A DNA stretch of 46,447 bases from NCBI GenBank assembly GCA_963721525.1, contig CAVRJL010000011.1:1-46447 (forward strand). The letters run 5' to 3'. Below are positions 30,272 to 41,893 of this stretch, one piece after another; the stretch's first letter is position 1, and every line of letters begins with the position of its first letter. The stretch comes from an uncultured Negativicutes bacterium. Lineage in GTDB: Bacteria > Bacillota > Negativicutes > JBAXTZ01. The notes beneath the pieces were generated by a model, which saw only the letters and a program-made list of their open reading frames with translations, was not told the origin of the DNA and ran no database searches. Position numbers and translations under genes: made by a program.

Positions 30272-30460
30272 ATGCCTAATATTTGTGAAATATGTGGCAA
30301 AGGGATTTTATGCGGTAATAATGTAAGCCATTCTCATCTAAAAACAAAAAAACAATGGAAACCAAATATTCAACAAGCAAAAACAATTATCAATGGGAAA
30401 ATAACTCGCATCAATACATGTACTCGTTGCTTACGTTCTGGTAAAATTAATAAAGTATAA
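30272..30460 (+). CDS. rpmB: 50S ribosomal protein L28
   Basis: CEICGK...GNNVSHSH..TK..WKPNIQ...CTRCLRSGK; AGGAGG RBS; divergent from recG. Confidence 0.97.
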   Translation: MPNICEICGKGILCGNNVSHSHLKTKKQWKPNIQQAKTIINGKITRINTCTRCLRSGKINKV

Positions 30461-30585
30461 ATTCTAGCTCATATTCATAATAAATAAAATTGAAAGCCTA
30501 AATTTACAGATTTTTTATTTTTCTAGGTATCCGATTGGCTAAAATAAGTGAACAGTGAACATAATATTACTTTGTCAGTATTAAT

Positions 30586-31182
30586 CTACATTTTTTGATG
30601 AATTGAAGCTATCAATTCATTGCGCCCTACTCCATTTGCTGCTGAATATAAAATAACATTATTTATATTGAAGTTATCTTTAAATTTACCGATAAGATTT
30701 CCTGTTTTTCCTCGCGAAATTTTATCAATTTTTGTAACGACAATATAAATATCTTTTTTTAATTCTTTTAACCAATGTATAGCTTCTAAATCTAATATTT
30801 GTGGTTCAAGCCTAGAATCAACTAACAAAAAAACCGAGCGTAATTGTTGCGAATTTACTATAAAATCATTTATATAAAAGGACCATATTTTTTTGTTAGT
30901 TTTTGATGTTTTTGAATAACCATAACCAGGTAAATCTATTAAAAACAATTCTTGACATTTTAACTCAGTTATTTTTAAGAGTACACGAAAATAGTTAATT
31001 AAACTCGTTTTACCGGGAGTGCAACTTACTTTTGCTAAATTACGCCTACGGCACAACGAATTTATTAAAGAAGATTTTCCAACATTCGAGCGACCAATGA
31101 AAGCAAATTCAGCTAATTTACCATTTGGTTTTTGTGACAGGTTAGTAGTAGATTTTATAAATCTAGCCTTAACAATATCCAT
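30586..31182 (-). CDS. engB: ribosome biogenesis GTPase EngB (YsxC/YihA)
   Basis: GRSNVGKSSLIN, TPGKT, DLPGYGY and TKIDK motifs; follows lon. Confidence 0.96.
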   Translation of the reverse strand: MDIVKARFIKSTTNLSQKPNGKLAEFAFIGRSNVGKSSLINSLCRRRNLAKVSCTPGKTSLINYFRVLLKITELKCQELFLIDLPGYGYSKTSKTNKKIWSFYINDFIVNSQQLRSVFLLVDSRLEPQILDLEAIHWLKELKKDIYIVVTKIDKISRGKTGNLIGKFKDNFNINNVILYSAANGVGRNELIASIHQKM

Positions 31183-31190
31183 TATTTCGC

Positions 31191-33500
31191 CTAATTAATA
31201 AAAGCATTGTTTAAAACGTCATCCATATGTTCCACTAAAACTATCTCTAAATCATTACGTATTTCTTCCGGTATTTCTTCAATGTCTTTATTATTATCAT
31301 GAGGCAAGAGAACTGTTTTTATACCATTATAATGCGCTGCTAAAACTTTTTCTTTTATTCCTCCTACAGGCAAGATTCTTCCACGTAAGGTAATTTCCCC
31401 TGTCATGGCTAAGTCTGAACGTATAAATTTACCAGTAAGAGCTGAAGCCATAGCAGTAGCCATAGTTATTCCTGCTGAAGGACCGTCTTTAGGAATTGCT
31501 CCTTCAGGACAATGGATATGTATGTCATCTTTTTCATAAAAATCATTTTTTATTCCAAGCTTCGTTGCTCTCGTTCTTATGTAAGTAAACCCTGCTTTTG
31601 CAGACTCTTGCATAATTTCACCTAAATGACCTGTAAGCATCAAAGCGCCCTTACCATTCATTACGGATGCTTCTATAGGTAAAACATCTCCACCAGCTTC
31701 TGTCCAAGCTAATCCTGTAGCTACTCCTATCTGAGGCTTTTCAATATCATGTTTATCCAAATATTTAGGTGGACCGAAAAAGTTTTTAAGATTTTCTTGT
31801 GAAATAATAGGTATTTCAATATTGCTTAATTTTATTAAAGCAAGTTTTCTAAATAATTTAGCTAAGTTACGCTCTAAATTTCGTACTCCAGCTTCTTTTG
31901 TGTATTGAGTAATTAATTTACACAACACATTGTCACTTAAATTAATTTCAATATCTGCTAACCCATTTTCTTTTTGCTGCTTGTTTGTTAAAAATTTTTT
32001 AGCAATATGTATTTTTTCTTCGAACGTATAGCCTGATAAAGTTATTATCTCCATTCTATCCAATAAAGGATGAGGAATATTATCAAAATTATTTGCCGTT
32101 GCTATCCAAAAAACTTTGCTTAAATCAAAAGGAATTTCTAAATAATGATCAATAAAGCTATTATTTTGCTCAGGATCTAAAACCTCAAGCATTGCTGAAG
32201 CTGGGTCCCCCCTATAATCAGAACTTAACTTATCAATTTCATCCAGCAAAAATACCGGATTTCCAGTACTTGCTTTTCTTATACCATTAATAATTTTACC
32301 AGGCAATGCACTTACATAAGTACGTCTATGTCCTCTTATCTCAGCTTCATCTTTTATTCCGCCGAGCGAAATACGAACAAAATTTTTTGAAAGCGCTCTT
32401 GCTATTGATTTGGCCAAAGATGTTTTTCCTACTCCTGGAGGGCCAACAAAACATATTATTACACCCTTTGCATTTTTATTTAATTTCCTTACGGCTAAAT
32501 ATTCTACAATACGTTCTTTAATTTTTATTAACCCATAATGGTCTTCATTTAAAATATTTCGTACTTTCTTAATGTCTAAATCATCTTCTGATTCTTCAAT
32601 CCAAGGCAAATTGACAATCCAATCTAAATAATTTCTTATGACTGCGCCTTCGGGCATTATAGAAGGCATTTTTTCAAAACGTTCAATTTCTTTTAATACT
32701 TTTTGTAATACTTTTTCAGGCAACTTTTTATCTTTTAACTTTTTTCTAATTTCTTCTGCTTCTGCCCCATTGCCTTCTTTTTCATCTAATTCTTTTTGAA
32801 TTGCTTTAATTTGTTCTCGAAGATAATATTCTTTTTGATTACGATCAATTTGGTCTCTCACCCGGGTATGTATTTTATTTTCCAACTCAGCTATTTCTAA
32901 TTCAGTAATTAGTTTTTCGCAAATTTTGACTAATCTTTCTTTGACATCTAACATTTCTAATAACTCTTGCTTTTCTTCAAAAGAAAAAGGTAATGCATTC
33001 GTTATAATATCCGCAAAACGGTGGATTTCTTTAATCGCAATAATGTTTTCAATACTTTCTGGTGCTATTTTTTTACTCAATCTAGCCCATCTATTAAATT
33101 GATAAATTAAGGTCTTTATTAACGCTTCAACTTCTATATTTTTATTTAAGATTTCTTCGCGCTCAAATATTTCTGCTTCCAGCAAATTCGAGTTCTCAGT
33201 AATATTAGATATCTTTGCACGTTTTATTCCTTCTAATACTATACGAATATTTCCATTAGGTAATTTTACTGATTGACGAATTTCGGCTATTACTCCTATT
33301 AAATAGATATTATCAATTCTCACCTCTTCTTCACTTATCTGTTTTTGAGCTGTAACAAATAATTGTTTATTGTTGTCTATAGCATATTGAACTGTGGCAA
33401 TAGACTTTTGTCTGCCAATCTCAAAATTAGTTATATTATTGGGCAACAATACTATTCCCCGTAAAGGTAAAATAGGTAATACATTACATATTGATATCAA
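31191..33500 (-). CDS. lon: ATP-dependent protease Lon
   Basis: [21 protein letters not shown] and PKDGPSAG (catalytic Ser); TTG start behind GGGGGA. Confidence 0.98.
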   Translation of the reverse strand: MISICNVLPILPLRGIVLLPNNITNFEIGRQKSIATVQYAIDNNKQLFVTAQKQISEEEVRIDNIYLIGVIAEIRQSVKLPNGNIRIVLEGIKRAKISNITENSNLLEAEIFEREEILNKNIEVEALIKTLIYQFNRWARLSKKIAPESIENIIAIKEIHRFADIITNALPFSFEEKQELLEMLDVKERLVKICEKLITELEIAELENKIHTRVRDQIDRNQKEYYLREQIKAIQKELDEKEGNGAEAEEIRKKLKDKKLPEKVLQKVLKEIERFEKMPSIMPEGAVIRNYLDWIVNLPWIEESEDDLDIKKVRNILNEDHYGLIKIKERIVEYLAVRKLNKNAKGVIICFVGPPGVGKTSLAKSIARALSKNFVRISLGGIKDEAEIRGHRRTYVSALPGKIINGIRKASTGNPVFLLDEIDKLSSDYRGDPASAMLEVLDPEQNNSFIDHYLEIPFDLSKVFWIATANNFDNIPHPLLDRMEIITLSGYTFEEKIHIAKKFLTNKQQKENGLADIEINLSDNVLCKLITQYTKEAGVRNLERNLAKLFRKLALIKLSNIEIPIISQENLKNFFGPPKYLDKHDIEKPQIGVATGLAWTEAGGDVLPIEASVMNGKGALMLTGHLGEIMQESAKAGFTYIRTRATKLGIKNDFYEKDDIHIHCPEGAIPKDGPSAGITMATAMASALTGKFIRSDLAMTGEITLRGRILPVGGIKEKVLAAHYNGIKTVLLPHDNNKDIEEIPEEIRNDLEIVLVEHMDDVLNNAFIN

Positions 33501-33779
33501 ACTTATCCCCCCAATTATTTTCTTAAGTTATATTTTTCAATAAATTTACCATATAAGTTTATCTGAAATTATAAAATTAAGCAATACTGTTGGTTCAAGA
33601 ATAAGTGTACAAAAATTATACGTAACTTAAGAATAACTAATTTAAAATAAATGCACACAAACTTGTGTAAAGAAACTATTTCGAAAGTTAATAAATAAAT
33701 GTATTTTTATTTATATAAATTATTATTCTTATATGATTTTTTCAATTATAATTAAGATAAAAATTTCTAGGAGAATTTT

Positions 33780-34379
33780 ATGAAAAGCCTTTTTTTTGAT
33801 GCTATTAAGACTCGTCATTCATATTATGATATTTCCAATGAACCGGTAATTTCTATAGAGGAAATACAACAAATAATAGAAATAGCAGTAGACAATTGCC
33901 CTAGTGCTTTTAATTCTCAAACTTCAAGAACTGTATTGTTACTTAATAAACATCATAGTAATTTTTGGGAAATTGTAGAAAGCGAGTTAAAAAAAAGAAT
34001 ACATCCGAAAAAATTCCCTGCTACAAAAATAAAAATAAATTCATTTTCCAAAGGATTTGCCACAATTCTTTTTTTTGAAGATATGAGTATTATAGAAAAA
34101 TTACAGGTAAAATATCCTAAATATAAACAAAAATGGAACGATTGGTCAAATCATGCTTCAGGTATGCTTCAGCTTGTTATTTGGACACAATTGGAGCTTG
34201 AAGGTTTTGGGGCTTCGCTTCAGCATTATAATCCTATAATCGATAATGAAGTAAAAGAAAAGTGGAATATTCCACAAAAATGGGAACTTATTGCTCAAAT
34301 GCCATTTGGCAAACCAAAATCTCCACCTGAAATAAAAAAATTAGTACCAATTTCCGAAAAATTCTTAATTTATTTATAA
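33780..34379 (+). CDS. nitroreductase family protein (Frm2/Hbn1-like)
   Basis: PSAFNSQTSR, GASLQHYNP and W.LIAQMPFG motifs; AGGAG RBS. Confidence 0.9.
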   Translation: MKSLFFDAIKTRHSYYDISNEPVISIEEIQQIIEIAVDNCPSAFNSQTSRTVLLLNKHHSNFWEIVESELKKRIHPKKFPATKIKINSFSKGFATILFFEDMSIIEKLQVKYPKYKQKWNDWSNHASGMLQLVIWTQLELEGFGASLQHYNPIIDNEVKEKWNIPQKWELIAQMPFGKPKSPPEIKKLVPISEKFLIYL

Positions 34380-34389
34380 ACTTTTCACT

Positions 34390-35649
34390 TTAGTGTCCAT
34401 GAAAATGCTCTAATTCAGCTCGATTATGCTTATGTTTAAATATTATTACAAAAATAATCGCTACTATTAAAGAATATAATGAAAATATACTCCAAATACC
34501 AGTCCAATCATAGGCCAAAGTTCCTGATACTCTAAAATAATTATCGATCATCCAACCACTGGTCAAACTACCAACTATTGATCCTATTCCATTACTCATT
34601 GACATAAGCATTCCCTGAGCGCTAGCTCGTATGGACGGGACTACTTGAGTTTCAATAAATAATGAGCTTGATATATTAAAAAAGTCAAATGCCATTCCAT
34701 AAATTATACAAGAAAAAAGTATCATCCATAAGCCGTCCCCCGGATTACCATATGCGAATAACCCAAATCTTAAAACCCAAGCTAGCATACTGATAGTCAT
34801 TATTTTTTTTATGCCTAAATGACGCATAAAAACTGGAATTGTAATAATAAATATAGCTTCAGATATTTGAGATATTGACATAAATAATAGGGAATGAGTA
34901 ACAACCATAGAATCTTTATATTGAGGAATGTTGGCAAAATTTTTTAAAAAAGTAGCTCCATATGCATTGGATAGTTGTAAACATACGCCTAAACATAAAT
35001 GAAAGAAAAAAAATAGGGCCATTTTGCGGTTTTTAAGTAATTTAAAAGCATTTAACCCAAGTGCATTTATAATTGAATTACCTTTACTTTTATTTAGAGG
35101 GGGACACTTAGGAAGAGTAAAAGCCATTATTCCAAGTAGTGTTGCTGTGATTGAAGCAATATAAAATTGTCCCTCGCTAGCTTCTAAGTTTTTCCAGCTT
35201 ATTAACCACATTGCAATAATAAACCCAACTGTTCCAAATGATCTAAGCATAGGAAAATATTTTATTATATTCAATTGTGCTCTTTCCATAACGGCATACG
35301 ATATTGTGTAAGAAAGAGACAATGTAGGCATATAAAAAAGCATATTTAATAGCATAACATTAATCATTGTGTCTGGATTATTAATTAACGGCAACATAGC
35401 GAAAATTATCGCGCTAGCCAAGTGAAAATATCCATAAAGACGTTCCGCATTTACCCAACGGTCTGCAATTATACCAGCTATAGTTGGCATAAATAATCCA
35501 GCTACTCCCATTGTCGAAAAAACTTCACCAAAATTAGTAGCGGACCAATGTTTAGTATTTAGCCAATAAACGCTAAGTGATATTAGCCAACTTCCCCAAA
35601 TAAAAAATTGCAGGAATTGCAAAATAGCGATGCGAATTTTAATATTCAT
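34390..35649 (-). CDS. nupG: MFS nucleoside:H+ symporter (NupG/XapB family)
   Basis: FLQFFIWGSW, GIIADRW, YMPT, GTVGFI, SISQISE, LRFGLF, YGMAFDFFNIS and RASAQG motifs. Confidence 0.9.
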   Translation of the reverse strand: MNIKIRIAILQFLQFFIWGSWLISLSVYWLNTKHWSATNFGEVFSTMGVAGLFMPTIAGIIADRWVNAERLYGYFHLASAIIFAMLPLINNPDTMINVMLLNMLFYMPTLSLSYTISYAVMERAQLNIIKYFPMLRSFGTVGFIIAMWLISWKNLEASEGQFYIASITATLLGIMAFTLPKCPPLNKSKGNSIINALGLNAFKLLKNRKMALFFFFHLCLGVCLQLSNAYGATFLKNFANIPQYKDSMVVTHSLLFMSISQISEAIFIITIPVFMRHLGIKKIMTISMLAWVLRFGLFAYGNPGDGLWMILFSCIIYGMAFDFFNISSSLFIETQVVPSIRASAQGMLMSMSNGIGSIVGSLTSGWMIDNYFRVSGTLAYDWTGIWSIFSLYSLIVAIIFVIIFKHKHNRAELEHFHGH

Positions 35650-35664
35650 AACTATATTCCTTGT

Positions 35665-37056
35665 TTAACTAAGGTCAGTTCCAAGCTCTAATAGCTGTAT
35701 AGTTTTATCAAATTCTTCTTCAGTAATAGTATTTAACTTTAAAGCAGCTTCTTTTAAAGATAAATCATAGTCATATGCGTACTTTACTAGTTTTGCTGCT
35801 TGATCATAGCCTATTGTAGGTGTAAACGCCATAGCAATCATTAACGAATTTTTAACATAGTAATTTATTTTTTTTATATTTGGTTGCATGCCTTTTACTG
35901 TATATTTCAAAAAACACCATATAGTATCGGACAATATTTTTATTGATTCAAGGATATTAAAAATAATTAAAGGTTTATAGACATTCATTTCCAATAATCC
36001 GCCTGATGTTCCTATTGTAACAGCAAAATCATTTGCTATAACTTGCGCACAAACCATAGTAAGCACTTCACATTGTGTAGGATTAACCTTGCCAGGCATT
36101 ATAGACGATCCAGGCTCATTTTCAGGTAAACATAATTCAGCAAACCCAGCACGTGGCCCACAAGCAAGTAAACGAATATCATTTCCTATCTTATATAAAG
36201 AGTTTGCCAAAGTCTTTATTGTAGCAGATAATTGTCCTAAACTATCATGTGCTCCTTGAACGGCAAATTTATTTTTTGCACTATTAAAAGGAAGTTTTGT
36301 TAAATAAGCTATCTCTTGTGCAATTAACTCGGAAAATTTATCTGGAGAATTCATTCCAGTTCCTACTACCGTTCCTCCCATTGTTATTTTATAAACATCT
36401 TGTAATGTTTCGTTAATCCTTTTATAATTGTCATCGAGCATTGCAACATAACCAGAAAATTCTTGCCCTAAAGTCAAAGGAATTGCATCTTGCATATGTG
36501 TTCTACCTATTTTGACAATATTCATCCATTCTTTAGATTTTTCTTTCAATCCTGCGCTTAATGCAGATAAAGCTGTTAATAGTTTGTGTTTAACAGCAAA
36601 AATACATGCTATATGCATAGCAGTAGGAAAAGTATCATTTGTAGATTGCGACATATTTATATCATCGTTAGGATGAATAATATGTTTACTACCTAAAGGT
36701 TTATTTAAAAGTTGACAAATTCTATTAGCTATAACTTCATTTACATTCATATTAAATTGAGTACCGCTACCACTCATCCATATTTTTAAAGGAAACATAT
36801 CTAAATGTTGGTTTGCAAGTATTTCATCACATACATGGACGATTAAATTCTTTTTTTCTTTTTTAAGCCTAGAAGTTTTAAAATTAATAATTGCAGCAGC
36901 CTTTTTTACTATAGCATAAGCTTCAATCATTTCTGTAGGCATTAAATTATTGCCAATGGGAAAAAACTTTAATGCTCTTTGTGTTTGTGCTCCCCATAAT
37001 TTATTGTTGGGAATTTTTATGTATCCTAAACTATCTTCTTCTATCCTGTAATCCAT
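35665..37056 (-). CDS. fumC: class II fumarate hydratase
   Basis: [38 protein letters not shown] and [15 protein letters not shown] motifs. Confidence 0.95.
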   Translation of the reverse strand: MDYRIEEDSLGYIKIPNNKLWGAQTQRALKFFPIGNNLMPTEMIEAYAIVKKAAAIINFKTSRLKKEKKNLIVHVCDEILANQHLDMFPLKIWMSGSGTQFNMNVNEVIANRICQLLNKPLGSKHIIHPNDDINMSQSTNDTFPTAMHIACIFAVKHKLLTALSALSAGLKEKSKEWMNIVKIGRTHMQDAIPLTLGQEFSGYVAMLDDNYKRINETLQDVYKITMGGTVVGTGMNSPDKFSELIAQEIAYLTKLPFNSAKNKFAVQGAHDSLGQLSATIKTLANSLYKIGNDIRLLACGPRAGFAELCLPENEPGSSIMPGKVNPTQCEVLTMVCAQVIANDFAVTIGTSGGLLEMNVYKPLIIFNILESIKILSDTIWCFLKYTVKGMQPNIKKINYYVKNSLMIAMAFTPTIGYDQAAKLVKYAYDYDLSLKEAALKLNTITEEEFDKTIQLLELGTDLS

Positions 37057-37105
37057 TATATAAACCTCAAATTAACTATAAAAAATTTATTAAATATTAA
37101 AAATA

Positions 37106-37960
37106 TTAATTTAATAAATTTTTTATAGGTTTACAATTAAAACCTTGTCCTTGAAATTTTTTTTCAAGTATTTTTATCAAACTTTTATCAATAATATTAT
37201 CGGGTTCAAATATTCCAAATACTGCAGTGCCACTTCCCGACATTAAAGCAGTAAGTGCACCGTTCTTTATCATTGTTCGTTTTATTTCATAAATCTGCGG
37301 GTACTTTTCACCTATTAAATCTTCAAATATGTTTCCCATTACAAAAGATATTGACTTAATATCTTTTGTAATGGGAAACATATTTGGATGTTTTAAATTG
37401 CTTTTCTTTTTAATAAATTGCTTATATGCCCATTGAGTAGAAATGCCAATATTCGGTTTAAAAACAAGTATATTGCAATTAGGAATATTATCTAATTGTT
37501 CAAGTAACTCCCCACGTCCAAAAGCTCTCGCGGTTCCCCCATTTATGCAGAAGGGAACATCAGAGCCAATATACGAACCTATTTCTTGCAATTCTTTTAT
37601 TGATAAATCCAATTCCCATAAACTATTTAAGCCTCGTAAAACAGCAGCTGCATCGGTACTACCCCCCCCTAACCCAGCCTCGATAGGAATATTTTTTACC
37701 AGAATTATTTTCGCACCGAAATTTATATGTAATTTTTTTTTTAAAATATAAGCTGCTCTGTATGCTAAATTTTTTTTATCTGCGTCTAATATTCTGTTAT
37801 TTTGTAGTGATAAAGATAAATTATCTGCTTTATTTAATAGTATTTCATCGCATAAATCGATTGATTGTAATATAGTTTCTATTTCATGGTAATTATCAGA
37901 CCTTTTATTAAGAATATTAAGCGCTAAATTAATTTTAGCGAAAGCTTTTTCTTTAATCAT
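37106..37960 (-). CDS. ispE: 4-diphosphocytidyl-2-C-methyl-D-erythritol kinase
   Basis: AKINLAL, YHEIET, KNIPIEAGLGGGSTDAAA, GSDVPF and MSGSG motifs. Confidence 0.96.
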   Translation of the reverse strand: MIKEKAFAKINLALNILNKRSDNYHEIETILQSIDLCDEILLNKADNLSLSLQNNRILDADKKNLAYRAAYILKKKLHINFGAKIILVKNIPIEAGLGGGSTDAAAVLRGLNSLWELDLSIKELQEIGSYIGSDVPFCINGGTARAFGRGELLEQLDNIPNCNILVFKPNIGISTQWAYKQFIKKKSNLKHPNMFPITKDIKSISFVMGNIFEDLIGEKYPQIYEIKRTMIKNGALTALMSGSGTAVFGIFEPDNIIDKSLIKILEKKFQGQGFNCKPIKNLLN

Positions 37961-38066
37961 ACTATCTCATTAAAATTCTTTTTTAAATTTATGTTATACT
38001 TTTTTTATTTTGCTTAAGAATATAAAAAATATCTATACTATCTTTTATGTGGAGAATATCTTCTTA

Positions 38067-38921
38067 ATGCTTTTTTTAAAACAATATATTAAACAATTAT
38101 TAATGATTGCTATTGGGTGCTGTTTTTTTGGCGTTGGGATTAATGTATTTCTAATTCCATTTAAACTATTAAGCGGCGGTTTAAGCGGAATAGCTATTAT
38201 ACTTAATATTTTACTTGGAGCTCCTTTAGGTATTACAAATATATTATTAAATATTCCTCTTTTTATTTCAGCTTATTTTTTTTTAAAAAAAGAAGATATT
38301 ATAATTGGATTATTTGGAATGTTATTTTTTTCTAGCGCAATACAATATTTTAGTTTTTTAGCTCATCATTGTGTTTTAAATAACTACGATATCATGCTCG
38401 CCTCAATATACGGTGGGGTTGTTTGCGGTATAGGGGGCGGAATCATTTTCCGTTCAGGTGGACAAGCTGGTGGTATAGATATAATAGGTTTAATAATACG
38501 TAAATATTACGGATTAAGTATAGGAACTACTTCATTTTCTATTAATGTTGTTATTATGTTTTTATCAAGCTTTTCTTTCGGAATGAAATCAGCTATGTAT
38601 ACGCTTATCGCTATGTATATAAGTTCTAATGTAACCGATTTAATAATAAATGGTTTTGCCCGCAAAAAAATACTTATTATCATTTCAGATTATGCTGAAG
38701 ATATATCCAAAATAATAATAAAAGAAATAGAAAGAGGCGTTACTTTTATTCGAGGAGAAGGTGGATTTTCCGGAAAAGAAAAAAAGATAATGCTGATTGC
38801 GATAAGTAAATTACAAATTTCCAAGGCACATCAATTAATTCATGACATTGATCCACACGCATTTATTATTATACAAGATGCAACAGAAGTTCAAGGGCAA
38901 GGATTTACTTTTGGAAAATAA
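38067..38921 (+). CDS. YitT family membrane protein (DUF161 plus DUF2179)
   Basis: LSGGLSGIA, LNIPLF, GGIDII, RGVTFI.GEGG and DPHAFIII motifs; start moved to the ATG behind GGAG (the track starts at 38010). Confidence 0.88.
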   Translation: MLFLKQYIKQLLMIAIGCCFFGVGINVFLIPFKLLSGGLSGIAIILNILLGAPLGITNILLNIPLFISAYFFLKKEDIIIGLFGMLFFSSAIQYFSFLAHHCVLNNYDIMLASIYGGVVCGIGGGIIFRSGGQAGGIDIIGLIIRKYYGLSIGTTSFSINVVIMFLSSFSFGMKSAMYTLIAMYISSNVTDLIINGFARKKILIIISDYAEDISKIIIKEIERGVTFIRGEGGFSGKEKKIMLIAISKLQISKAHQLIHDIDPHAFIIIQDATEVQGQGFTFGK

Positions 38922-38953
38922 AAAAATTTTGTTTGTTTGAATATTTATAGTTA

Positions 38954-40240
38954 TCAATTTATAATTTTAGCAAATACATATTTACCACGATATTTTGCAA
39001 TATCGTTAAGTTCTTCTTCTATCCTAATTAATTGGTTATATTTTGCTACTCTATCAGTTCGTGCAGGTGCTCCTGTTTTAATTTGACCTGAATTAACTGC
39101 TACAGCTATATCTGATATAATTGAATCTTCTGTTTCACCCGAACGATGAGATATAACACAATTATATCCTGCTCTTTTGGCTACTTCAATTGCTGTAAAA
39201 GTTTCACTAAGCGTACCTATTTGATTTAATTTTATCAATATAGAATTAGCAACTCTTTCTTTAATTCCTCGTTTTAAGCGTTTTGCATTTGTTGCAAATA
39301 AATCATCGCCTACTAACTGTATTTTTTTACCTAATCTCTCTGTTAAAATTTTCCATCCCCCCCAATCGTCTTCACTCATTCCGTCTTCTATTGATATTAT
39401 CGGGTATTTTTTAACAAGCTCACTGTAATAATTAACAAGCTCCTCTGAAGTTAATACTCTCCCTTCACCTGCTAAATAATATTTTCCTTTTTTATATAAT
39501 TCTGTTGCTGCAACATCTATTGCAAGAACTATTTCTTCATCTAATTTATATCCAGCTATTTCAATAGCTTCAATTATAACTTGCAAAGCTTCCTCATTTG
39601 ATTTCAAATTTGGAGAAAATCCTCCTTCGTCTCCAATAGCTATACTTAATTTTCTTTTTTTTAAGACTATTTTCAACGTATGATATATTTCAACACACAT
39701 TTGCAATGCTCCGCTTAAATTTGTCACTCCTATAGGGACTATCATAAATTCCTGTATATCTACATTATTATCCGCATGTTTACCTCCATTTAATATATTC
39801 ATCATAGGTACAGGTAATTCTTTCGCCGTAAATCCACCTAAATAAGTATATAAAGGTAAACTACAATATTTTGCTGCTGCTTTTGCTATCGCCATCGATA
39901 CTCCAAGTATTGCATTTGCTCCAAGCTTACTTTTATTTTTACTTCCATCTAAATCAATCATTGTTTTATCAATTTTTTCCTGTAAACGGCAATCCATGCC
40001 CATCAATTCGGGTGCTATTATTTCTTTTACATTATTTACTGCTTGTAATACTCCTTTACCAAAATAAAAATTTGTATTATTATCTCTAAGTTCAACTACT
40101 TCATACGCACCCGTGGAAGTACCACTTGGAACTGACGCTCTACCTATAATCCCACTTTCTAGGCAAGCATCTACTTCTATTGTAGGATTACCACGAGAAT
40201 CTAAAATTTGTCTTGCTTTTATTTCAGTTATAATACTCAC
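38954..40240 (-). CDS. eno: enolase
   Basis: [38 protein letters not shown] and RTDRVAKYN motifs; true start is GTG at 40240 behind AAGGAG. Confidence 0.98.
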   Translation of the reverse strand: MSIITEIKARQILDSRGNPTIEVDACLESGIIGRASVPSGTSTGAYEVVELRDNNTNFYFGKGVLQAVNNVKEIIAPELMGMDCRLQEKIDKTMIDLDGSKNKSKLGANAILGVSMAIAKAAAKYCSLPLYTYLGGFTAKELPVPMMNILNGGKHADNNVDIQEFMIVPIGVTNLSGALQMCVEIYHTLKIVLKKRKLSIAIGDEGGFSPNLKSNEEALQVIIEAIEIAGYKLDEEIVLAIDVAATELYKKGKYYLAGEGRVLTSEELVNYYSELVKKYPIISIEDGMSEDDWGGWKILTERLGKKIQLVGDDLFATNAKRLKRGIKERVANSILIKLNQIGTLSETFTAIEVAKRAGYNCVISHRSGETEDSIISDIAVAVNSGQIKTGAPARTDRVAKYNQLIRIEEELNDIAKYRGKYVFAKIIN

Positions 40241-40273
40241 TAATTTTCTCCTTATAAAGTTTATATTATTATT

Positions 40274-40337
40274 TTTAAAATAATTTCCATTTAAAATAAT
40301 TTCCATTTAAAATAATTTCCATTTAAAATAATTTCCA
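40274..40337. repeat. tandem repeat, four exact copies of 16 bp (TTTAAAATAATTTCCA)
   Basis: Directly visible in the gpmI-eno spacer. Confidence 0.97.
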
Positions 40338-40348
40338 ATTGTTTTAAT

Positions 40349-41893
40349 TTAAAGTATTAAACTATTTCCAGTCATTTCAGTAGGCTTAATTATATTGGCA
40401 GTAGCAAGCATTGTTGGTGCTATATCTGCTAATATCCCATTTGGGCGTAAGTTTTTTCCTATTAACTTATCGTCTACTATTATAAAAGGTACTTTATTTG
40501 ACGTATGAGCTGTATACAAACAATCATTTTTTTCATCCCACATTTGCTCGGCATTACCATGGTCTGCACTTAAAAAGGCTATCCCATTAACCAAAGTTAA
40601 TTCTCTAATTATTTTATAAATACACACATCTAATATTTTGACTGCTTTAACAGTAGCCTCAAAGTTACCAGTATGTCCGATAATATCACAATTTGCGAAG
40701 TTAACTATTATGAAGTCATATTGTTTAGCTCTTATTGCAGCTATTAGTTTTTCAGTGATTTCGAATGCACTCAATGCAGGGACCAAATCATACGTATAAC
40801 TTTTAGGAGATGGCACAAATATTCTAGTTTCACCTTTTTTTATTGTCTCTTTTCTACCATCAAAAAAGAATGTCACATGAGCATATTTCTCTGTTTCTGC
40901 TATTCTCAATTGGCTATAACCTAAATTTGATATATATTCTCCTAATGTATTTTTTAAAACTTGTGATAAAAAAGCTACAGTTACGTCTAAATTTTTATCA
41001 TATTTTGTAAAGCAAACAAATAATAATTTTATCCTACCTTTTTCGCGTTTAAAGCCATTAAAATCCTCTTGTACAAATGCCCATGTCAATTCACGAGCTC
41101 TATCCGGTCGGAAATTAAAAAATATTAAACCATCATTTTCTTTGACTATTCCTTTTTCTTTATCTCCAATAATTGTTGGTGATATAAATTCATCAAAAAT
41201 ATTGTTACCATAGGATTCAATTATAGCTTCTTTAGTATTATTCGCTAATTTCCCTTCTCTATAAACTAAAACATTATAAGCTTTTTCTATTCTATCCCAC
41301 CTCATATCTCTATCCATAGCATAATGACGACCGCAAATAGTAACTATTTTACCTATACCTATTTCTTTTATTTTTTTTTCTAGCTGTTCAATATATTTTA
41401 AAGCTGATTTCGGTAATGCATCTCTTCCGTCTAGAAAAGCATGAATATATATTTCTTTGAGCCCCAACCTTTTCGCCATTTCTAATAGAGCAAATAAATG
41501 ATTTATATGACTATGTACTCCACCATCGGATAACAGTCCGCATATATGTAGAGCATTACCTCTTTTTATTATTTTTTTCATTATCGAAATTAAGGCAATA
41601 TTTTTAAAAAATTCACCAGTTGAAATTTCTTTATTAATACGACCTAGTTCTTGACATACCACTCTCCCTGTGCCTATGTTTAAGTGCCCAACTTCACTAT
41701 TACCAACTTGTCCTTTAGGTAGCCCTACAGCACTTCCTGAACAGGTAAGCAAAGTATTAGGATATTTATCTTTTAGTTCTAAAATATTTTTTGGCTGAGC
41801 TTTATTTATAGCATTTATCTTCTTATCACTTACAGTAGTATAACCAAACCCATCCATAATTATTAACATTTGAGGTCGTTGCAATCTTATCAT
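40349..41893 (-). CDS. gpmI: 2,3-bisphosphoglycerate-independent phosphoglycerate mutase
   Basis: IMDGFG, GNSEVGH, SDGGVHSH, FNFRPDRARE, AETEKYAHVTFF and ADHGNAE motifs. Confidence 0.97.
   Translation of the reverse strand: MIRLQRPQMLIIMDGFGYTTVSDKKINAINKAQPKNILELKDKYPNTLLTCSGSAVGLPKGQVGNSEVGHLNIGTGRVVCQELGRINKEISTGEFFKNIALISIMKKIIKRGNALHICGLLSDGGVHSHINHLFALLEMAKRLGLKEIYIHAFLDGRDALPKSALKYIEQLEKKIKEIGIGKIVTICGRHYAMDRDMRWDRIEKAYNVLVYREGKLANNTKEAIIESYGNNIFDEFISPTIIGDKEKGIVKENDGLIFFNFRPDRARELTWAFVQEDFNGFKREKGRIKLLFVCFTKYDKNLDVTVAFLSQVLKNTLGEYISNLGYSQLRIAETEKYAHVTFFFDGRKETIKKGETRIFVPSPKSYTYDLVPALSAFEITEKLIAAIRAKQYDFIIVNFANCDIIGHTGNFEATVKAVKILDVCIYKIIRELTLVNGIAFLSADHGNAEQMWDEKNDCLYTAHTSNKVPFIIVDDKLIGKNLRPNGILADIAPTMLATANIIKPTEMTGNSLIL

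Noticed and set aside
40241-40306. N-terminal extension of enolase in the ORF track (likewise tpiA to 42675, ROK to 46209, yitT from 38010)
   Set aside because: Downstream starts match family N-termini and mostly have better RBS; the eno extension arises from the 16-bp repeat.
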